Assembly: GCA_039545335.1 (NCBI GenBank)
Contig: BCIN01000004.1
Coordinates: forward strand, 1,602,925-1,631,949
DNA length: 29,025 nt
DNA from: Kondoa subrosea
Taxonomy: Eukaryota
Reading direction: 5' to 3'
The notes under the pieces: model-generated
Databases searched by the model: none
The model's input: only the letters and a program-made list of their open reading frames with translations
What the model was told of the DNA's origin: nothing
Made by a program: the position numbers and the translations under genes
Part shown: positions 22,184-29,025 of the stretch, piece after piece
Layout of the letters: every line of letters starts with the position of its first letter
How positions within the stretch are numbered: the stretch's first letter is position 1

Positions 22184-23383
22184 ATGCTCACAGCAGACCG
22201 GACCAATGAATTGAAGGAGGCAGTGAAAGCAAAGCAGAGCAATGCAGGCAAAGTGCAGGGCAAGAGGAAATCAGTAGAACGAGACATTTGGATGCTAGAA
22301 GCTGACAAAGTGGTCAGTCCCTTGCTTAGCTCATGCATGAGACTATTGAGCACACGTCTTGTTACAGAATGCCAATATCCTCGCATTGGCCAATTTCCTA
22401 CACCTCATCAGAAAGCCTTACCTCGATTCGAATACTTCGCACTTTGCAAATACGAGCAAGAATGCAGCAAGTATAGAAATGACCGGCTCACAAACAATCA
22501 AACATCTTTCAGAACGAGACAAGGACGAAATAGATGTCCAGGTCAAGTCCAATCTCAAGAAGTGTATGAATCAGATAAAGGAGCTGGAGCAAGCAGAGAA
22601 GAGTACGTTCTGATGCTGCCCTTGCGTTGATGATTGACGAATCCGTCATGTATAGTTCGACAAGATTACATCAAAGCTCAGCAACCAGCTCATGTTGCCC
22701 TCCCTCGATTCTTGCGCCCTATTCCTTCTGCACCTTCGCTTGATCCGGCTCAAGCACAGATAATCTCTGTCCGCTCTTCCATCATCTACTTTTTGACAAA
22801 TCGATTGTCCGCCGTCGGTCGTTCTTCGCAACAAGCGCAAGAGATCAGAGTGAAGAAGCAGCTTGATCGCCATTCCGCTCTTGGTTCTTCTCCTTCCACA
22901 TTAGGTCGAGAATGGGGAGAACAAATGGCTTCACAAAATCGTTCCAGTTCCAAAGGGAAATCGAAAGCCATTACGTCTGAAGATGATATTCCAGCTATCT
23001 TTGTTCCTTCTTCTTCCTCTTTTGCGACAGAAGAAGACGATACCCCTATCGAAGAACTTCTTTCTGAACAACAGATCCAACAATTTGAAGCCGAATCTTC
23101 TCTACTCCTTCGCGAAACGCAATCCCAGCTCGTTGCACTTCAAGCAGCCCAATCCTCTCTTCTCGAAATCTCAGCCTTGCAATCCGAATTGGTAGTGCAT
23201 CTGAGTCAGCAAAGCGAATTGACAGACAAATTGTGGGAAGACGCTCAATTTGTTAGTGGGAAAGTGGAGGAAGGGAATAAGCAGTTGAAGAAGGCCAAAG
23301 AGAGGAACAAGGATTCAAGAGTTTATCTGCTGGTTTTCCTCGTTGGCGCTTCCTTGACTTTGCTCTTTTTGGATCAGTATTAG
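22184..23383 (+). CDS. UFE1: ER t-SNARE syntaxin-18/Ufe1
   Basis: MLTADRTNELKEAV; FLHLIRKPYLD; LSERDKDEIDVQVKSNLKKCMNQIKELEQAE; LSEQQIQQFEAESSLL; SNARE helix LLEISALQSELVVHLSQQSELTDKL...VEEGNKQLKKAKER; C-terminal TM VYLLVFLVGASLTLLFLDQY. Two introns. Confidence 0.9.
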
Positions 23384-24704
23384 TCTACACGGGCTTTAGG
23401 TGGACGAGGAGTTGCATCAGCCGGATCGAAATAGTTGTCTCCTTTATTCGCCAATGAAGGTGTTGCATCTCCGTCTTCAGATCGATCACCCCAGTCTTCA
23501 GAGAACCTGCCCCATTGGTTGTTCCCATCTGTTGACTCCCGAACGGCTTTGGCAGGATCAATGCCTTCCTCTCGTAGTTGTCTGTCCAATTCATCAGAAT
23601 CCAGATCGTCTTCTCCCTCAGAGGAGACTGATGAGCTCTTGGTCAAGGGAGATCGCTCGCTTGACTTTGAGCGGGCGAGAGACTCTGAGATGCCTTCCTC
23701 TAAGCGAGTATCGTCTTCATCCAATGCTATTTCTTGAACATCTGATGAACCGATTCATCAGCTTTGACGTATCTGGAAAAAGATACGGAACCGACATTGC
23801 ATAGTAAGACGATAGACATAGATTCCCGTGCCCAGACCAAGTAGAGTTCCAAATACTATATAGACAATATTGACTAGTTTGGCTTGAGCATCCATCTCTT
23901 CTCGCTCATTCGGATCCTGCGCTACGAATCAACTACCACCATACATTAGACGAGAGAGAACTTACTGAAAGCAAGAACATCCTTTGCCCGACCCAGACAT
24001 GCAAGAACAGCTTAGGCGTGATTGCAAGAGTTGCGACCAAGAACTGCCACAAACTAACGCTTTCGATACTCGCAAAGAAGAGATTGGAATAGGTGAAGGG
24101 AAAGGGACACAAGCGAATCAGAGTGATCAAAGGTAGTCCTTTGTGTCGAACAGCTGTGCCAAGGGCAATGAAACGAGGTTCTTGCTCCAGATAGGACTGA
24201 AAAGCTCGAGTATAGCGCCGACAGAAGATGAAAGAGAAAGCCGAGCCGCAAAGACAGCCTAGACAAGCAATATACCAGCCTTGAAGTCCTATGTGAGAGC
24301 ATTCAGCACGGTTTTCGCTCGTGCTAGGCAAGCTTCTGACCATAAGTGAAGCCACAAATGGTGATCAGAGTGCCATATCCGATCAAAGGAGGCATGCTTG
24401 TGACCGTCATAGCGAGAATCAGCCAGAGCCAGCCAAAAGGCTGATCTCGAAGCTCTGGTCGTGTATCATCAGCAACTAGAATGGACGCCTATCTTTTAAT
24501 GAACCTACCTGCTGCCCATAGCGCGAACTCATGGAAGACTTCCTTTGGCCCGATGTAGATGAGAACAGCGAGAAAGAGATTGTTGATTAGCATCACTACC
24601 CAAGCTGCAATCTTGCCCGCCAGAGGGAGTGCTCTGTATCTGTTGAGCAAGCTTTGGGCCAGACTGTTGACCTTCAGCCATATCGAATTTGCCCTGAACG
24701 CCAT
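23380..24704 (-). CDS. TVP38: Golgi membrane protein Tvp38 (DedA/VTT, SNARE-associated domain)
   Basis: ELRDQPFGWLWLILAMTVTSMPPLIGYGTLITICGFTYG/LQGWYIACLGCLCGSAFSFIFCR...KGLPLITLIRLCPFPFTYSNLFFASIESVSLWQFLVATLAITPKLFLHVWVGQRM; acidic C-terminal tail. Confidence 0.9.
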
Positions 24705-24723
24705 GGTAGCTAGAAGAGCCTTG

Positions 24724-25100
24724 ATGGATTTCCAAATGCAAGGCTTGGTCTCGACACACGAACAAGTTGAAACCGCTCAACGCAAGAATACTGACGGAGC
24801 TACCTGCTGAACTGGCGGTCAATATCTTCCGGCATTTGGATCAAGCAGAACTTCATGCAATTCTGTTCACATCGCAGGCTTACTATGCGCTATCTCTTCC
24901 CTTGCTGTGTCACTCGGTAACCTTTTCGCGACTCGAAGATGTCGCGACTCCTTCAAAGTCATGATGCAAAAGCCCGAAAGTGTCGAGCTGGTCAAACCCA
25001 TCGAATTTGCAATGTCAAGCGTACTCTCACACAAATCCCGACGTCTGACTGTGAATCTACTCTTGACTTGCTTCGTGTTACCTGTCCGAACAATCTAGGC
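24724..25100 (+). pseudogene. Degenerate F-box protein 5' fragment
   Basis: F-box motif ILTELPAELAVNIFRHLDQAELHAILFTSQAYYALSLPLLCHSVTF has no in-frame ATG (stop at 24722). Plausible continuations (SFKVMMQKPESVELVK; LDLLRVTCPNNL) lie in other frames with no intron signals. Confidence 0.6.
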
Positions 25101-25199
25101 GCATCATGTCCAAATTCAGATGGTCATCCAACAAACAAACAGCATGATGGACCGCTCCAAGCGCAAATGTCTATGTCATGTGATCAAAGCCTTCATTGA

Positions 25200-26326
25200 C
25201 CATCCGCTTGGTTGTAAAAGTCCTCCAAGGCGATAATGCTTTCCACTGCCATAATTGCTGGAAGCTTGCAAATCCGAGAATACGGAGATTGCGCCCAAGC
25301 AGTGATACTATCATGGCACCACCAGCAGCTTCCGCCTTACCTCAACAGCTAGAGCAGCTTCATTTCAATCGGCCACGCGCAACTTCAGAAGCTCCTACTA
25401 TCCGAATCAGCTCCACAAGCTTCGGGACCGATTCAGCAGTCAACTAGCGATACCTTATCAGACATTCCAGCGTCAGATGTCGAGTCTGGAATAGAAACCG
25501 ATGTCGAATCTGAATTCGCAAGTGATCAATCAAGCAACTCAATCGGAAGAAGGCGGTGATCATGTCAATGTAGAAGACTCACCAGAAATAAGCACTCGTC
25601 TGTTGCCGCCTACAGTCACATCTGCCAATGCTTTGCCGCGAACTGCTATTCCAAAAGCAGAAAGGGATATCACAAGGAGAGCTCGCAAGTGCTATCTTAT
25701 CGACATATTGCCCTCCATCCTTTTCATACACTTATGAAGAGTCCAACAGACCAGTCGAAGCTCTTTCTTTACTGGAAACACATCATTCAATAGCTTAAAG
25801 AAGAATGATGATTTCGCCTCATTCCCTCTCCAGCTAGACTTGCAACCTTTCCTTGCGCCTCTTGGCAGGCCACCTCGGCGGAATCGCAAGTGCAAATACG
25901 ACAAGCACATATATTCTGAAGATTTGGAAAAGCACGAACACACGCAATATCGACTTAAGGCTGTTGTTGTGCACTCTGGGTCTATGAGTAGTGGTAAGTC
26001 GGCTTACGTTTCACGTGCATCAAGATCTAATGATGTTTACAGGTCATTACATCTGCTTTGTTAGTTCTGGACATACCGCACCCATGCATCGCACGAGATC
26101 AACGAATTCTGACCCGTATGCGATGGAAGAGAAAAGTCCGGATAGTCTGGATGTCGCTTCAGCTCCTGCTTCGCTCAGTACATCGCCAGAAGCAAGCACT
26201 CTGATTCAAAATTCGTCTTCAACGGGCAAGCAATGGTTATATTGCTCAGATGAGGAAGTGCGGCCAGCTCCCATCAGTGAAGTTATGAGATGTAAAGCGT
26301 ACATATTGTTGTATGAAAGGGAGTAG
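25200..26326 (+). pseudogene. Ubiquitin-specific protease (peptidase C19) C-terminal half, disrupted
   Basis: VLQGDNAFHCHNCWK (finger Zn motif), RRARKCYLIDILPSILFIHL*R (TGA 25735-25737 in the conserved HLKR), FPLQLDLQPFL, YRLKAVVVHSGSMSSGHYICFV (His box, intron 25994-26042), WLYCSDEEV, AYILLYERE stop. Frame switches near 25440 and 25530. No Cys box found upstream. Confidence 0.8.
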
Positions 26327-26558
26327 AGAGAGTATTGTAAATGTGCACTGGGAGCAACTGCCAATGTATTAAACTAGACCCTCATTCTGATCAATTGCGA
26401 AGATCGGACTGATAGCAGACAAGCATCGCACGTATTCAAATGTACGCTGCGAAGGTGACAAGAGCGATCATGGATGCTACTCATTTTAACCTATCCGCTG
26501 GAAGCGTTGATGTTTCGGCAGTCATCCATGGCTTTCCGCCCCAGCTTCGCAGGACTAC

Positions 26559-27635
26559 CTACAGCTGCCAAGTCATTTCAAGCAGCTCTTCATACTTGAA
26601 TTTCCTGCCTGTCTGGCCTTGAAAGTCTGCCAGCAGTCTTCTTTCTTTCGAGTCCTCGTTCTTTTCAGCATAAAACCGCTGCAGACGCATACATAGAAGC
26701 TGAGCATCGGTTTGAGAAATAAGCTGTCCAGATCCTGAATCATTTGCTGTGATTTCACCACGAAGCAGAACGATACCATGCGAAATGGCAAGATCAGTGT
26801 AATGTGTTAGAATGAGGGCTGGTTGAGCAAAAGTCCCATGGNTCTTGTACGATGCTAAAGAAGTAAAGAGAACAGTAGTCGTTTCTGGCGTGCTTGCCAG
26901 CATGGTTGAAGGAGAAGGAACGAATGCCCATTCGAGAAAGATGTTTTCCGCTCCAGTTGTTCCGTCAGATATTTCTCGAGGCAGAGGAAGGATGAAGCGC
27001 AGATTCTCGCGAGCTACTGCAGTCATTCGCCTGTAGGTTTCGACTGGGATGACGGCGCCTAGTTTCGTTGTTGATTTGGCTGAAGCATGGTAAGCTTTCC
27101 AAAGGGCAGAGATCTCCTCGGCTGAAGGTGCAGGATGCCTTGTGAGAAGCTTTTGTAGGTCTGTGATGTCCGAAAGAGGCTGTAGATACCTTGAGCTCTG
27201 CTGAAATTGGATAGCGCAATGCTGACCTTGATGCCGCTTTTGCTGTTCGCTTGATCTATCCCGCTAGGCAATGAAGGAGCTACAACAGCAGAAGGAATCT
27301 GTTGCAAAGATGAATCGCTTGATAGCTTGGGAGCCGAACTGAATGGCTTGATTGGTTTCACTTTTTCAGCTTGACGAGCCTTGTCCTTCAACGTCTGCAA
27401 GTCTACTCCTTTCCTAGCATCCAAATTGAGCAAGACTTTTACCAGATAATGGATTCGCCAACGCCTTCGCAGCAGCTTCCAGCGCCTGTCCATACTTCTG
27501 TGCATACTGTTGCCGTCTTTGAGCTATCCTTTCCCGTGAACCTATCAATGCCTCTGGTACTTCAGTAGTCAGATATCGGAAGCTGCTGCATCTTTGGCAA
27601 GATAGAGCTGGTCGATATAACAGGCTTGTGATCAT
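26559..27635 (-). CDS. ATP11: Mitochondrial F1-ATPase assembly chaperone Atp11
   Basis: Presequence-like N-terminus, KYGQALEAAAKA/KGVD, GIK/PLSDITDLQKL...EISALWKAYH...LGAVIPVETYRRM...FILPLPRE...VLFTSLASYKxHGTFAQPALILTHYTDLAISHGIVLLRGEI...AQLLCMRLQRFY. Two introns; one N base. Confidence 0.93.
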
Positions 27636-27895
27636 CGTGTCTTGACAACCCGCTGATTGGCTTCAAGCTACAAGAATTGGCCTTCTGCAACTTGCTTATT
27701 GGTGAACAGAGTCGTCAGCAGTCAAGCATGGTCATAATACAGTCTACACAAACGAATCCGTCTCGATTGCTACTAAGACTTCCGCTGGCTTGCTCTCGCT
27801 CGAATTCACTTTCCACTCTTTGCACTTGTCCAAGCTTCTATAACGAATTAATCCAGCTCGCCCTACGCTTACTGTTGACTGTTCCACTTGAGCGA

Positions 27896-27926
27896 CTGCT
27901 TGATGCTTTTCCTTAGAAGACATGCA
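27896..27926 (+). repeat. 31-bp dispersed direct repeat, copy 1
   Basis: ctgcttgatgcttttccttagaagacatgca, 29/31 identical to 28937-28967. Confidence 0.85.
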
Positions 27927-28010
27927 AATACTGCTCGCTTACACTCTACTTCTCGATGCTTGCTGACGGGCAGCTCGCACTCTTTTTTCCCTTTCCACCG
28001 AACTGGCACA

Positions 28011-28110
28011 NNNNNNNNNNNNNNNNNNNNNNNNNNNNNNNNNNNNNNNNNNNNNNNNNNNNNNNNNNNNNNNNNNNNNNNNNNNNNNNNNNNNNNNNNN
28101 NNNNNNNNNN
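28011..28110. other. Assembly gap (100 N) flanked by an identical 95-bp sequence (27916-28010 = 28111-28205)
   Basis: The same sequence gaagacatgc...gaactggcaca appears on both sides of the N run. Confidence 0.95.
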
Positions 28111-28936
28111 GAAGACATGCAAATACTGCTCGCTTACACTCTACTTCTCGATGCTTGCTGACGGGCAGCTCGCACTCTTTTTTCCCTTTCCACCGAACTG
28201 GCACAAGATGCTTGCTTCTCCTGCTCCCGGTCTACTTGCACCCTTTGAAGTCAGACTGGAAAGCACTGCTACCGAAGTTGGGACGCAAGACCCTGAGCTC
28301 AAGCTAGCTCTATGCGACTTTCTCTCTACCTTTTTGCAAAGGCACCTCTCGCTGGCTTCTGCTCTGCTATCTCGACAGACTGTTTTATGCTCAGCCCTGT
28401 CTTACTCTCGCTCGCTCGAACGCGGCACTTGACTGAAGCTGAACACTAGGAGCTAGACCTACTCTTTGGCAAGCTGTTGACTGACCTTCGTTTTGCTTTA
28501 CCACTTGCTACTTCGCTATTTGATCTGACCCAAAGAGATAGCTTTCAGCTAGATTTTCTTCCTCTGTCTTGCCAGGCTTGACTATGACTTGCTACTTTGT
28601 TTGTGATATCTTGAAGCTTTGTTTCGCTCAAGCACGAACTTGAAGGCCCTGCGCTTTCAGGCAGGAGCAAGTGCAGGACACGATCGAAGACTGCCTAAAG
28701 CACAGATCTTACTAGTCAAGGGACTTTGTTGTTTTTTTCCAAGCTTTTGCAAAGAAAGAGTTACGCTAAAAGCAACTTGACCTTGACTTCGACCTTTGCT
28801 TACAAGCTTGCAACCTACTCTTATTGGGAGGTCTAGCTTGCAAGGAAAGCACTGCTCGAGCCTGAAGACTGCTTGCCGCTATTCGGGTCTTGACTGACTC
28901 TCGGGCCCTTGCTCTTTCACCTGGATCGCTAACTCT

Positions 28937-28967
28937 CTGCTTGATGTTTTTCCTTGGAAGACATGCA
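28937..28967 (+). repeat. 31-bp dispersed direct repeat, copy 2
   Basis: ctgcttgatgtttttccttggaagacatgca, 3 bp before the terminal tandem array. Confidence 0.85.
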
Positions 28968-28970
28968 GGG

Positions 28971-29025
28971 TTATGAAGAGTTAGCGACAGTTATGAAGAG
29001 TTATGAAGAGTTAGCGAGAGTTATG
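28971..29025 (+). repeat. Terminal tandem array of 10-nt units (TTATGAAGAG / TTAGCGASAG), possibly telomeric
   Basis: TTATGAAGAG TTAGCGACAG TTATGAAGAG TTATGAAGAG TTAGCGAGAG TTATG, running to the end of the window. Confidence 0.85.

Noticed and set aside
25735..25737. TGA in the USP as readthrough, selenocysteine or an A-to-I-edited codon
   Set aside because: The conserved residue there is Lys, which these mechanisms would not restore. Extra frameshifts and the missing Cys box point to decay, and TGA is a normal stop in neighbouring genes.
27916..28205. Perfect 95-bp direct repeat and ORFs spanning the N run
   Set aside because: Identical copies directly flank a round 100-N gap, typical of an unmerged scaffold overlap. 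The X-containing ORFs are artefacts.
28971..29025. CRISPR-like repeat-spacer array
   Set aside because: Units are 10 nt with no unique spacers, the context is eukaryotic, and there are no cas genes.
1..29025. Mating-type locus, secondary-metabolite cluster or intact transposon
   Set aside because: I found no pheromone CAAX precursor, STE3 receptor, homeodomain, PKS/NRPS, transposase or reverse-transcriptase motifs by eye.

Overview
Gene-dense eukaryotic DNA from a fungus with many short (~40-70 nt) GT-AG introns carrying CTRAY-like branch sites. A basidiomycete, possibly Pucciniomycotina, is inferred from intron density and protein style but not proven. Manual splicing gives, left to right: the 3' part of NUP133, a forkhead transcription factor, a SCAMP gene, a short KDM5/JARID1 demethylase, a small Zn2Cys6 protein, LUC7, RPA2, a divergent cyclin, a 91-aa five-exon orphan, an S/Q/R-rich hypothetical protein, LOA1/VPS66, UFE1/syntaxin-18, TVP38 (stop codon interlocked with UFE1), a decayed F-box plus ubiquitin-protease remnant, and ATP11. 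SCAMP, the zinc cluster and the orphan are essentially invisible in the ORF track. The last ~1.3 kb is gene-free and compositionally odd, contains a gap artefact and a 31-bp direct repeat, and ends in an array of two 10-nt repeat types that may be a non-canonical telomere. All calls come from manual translation and motif recognition; no database search was run.
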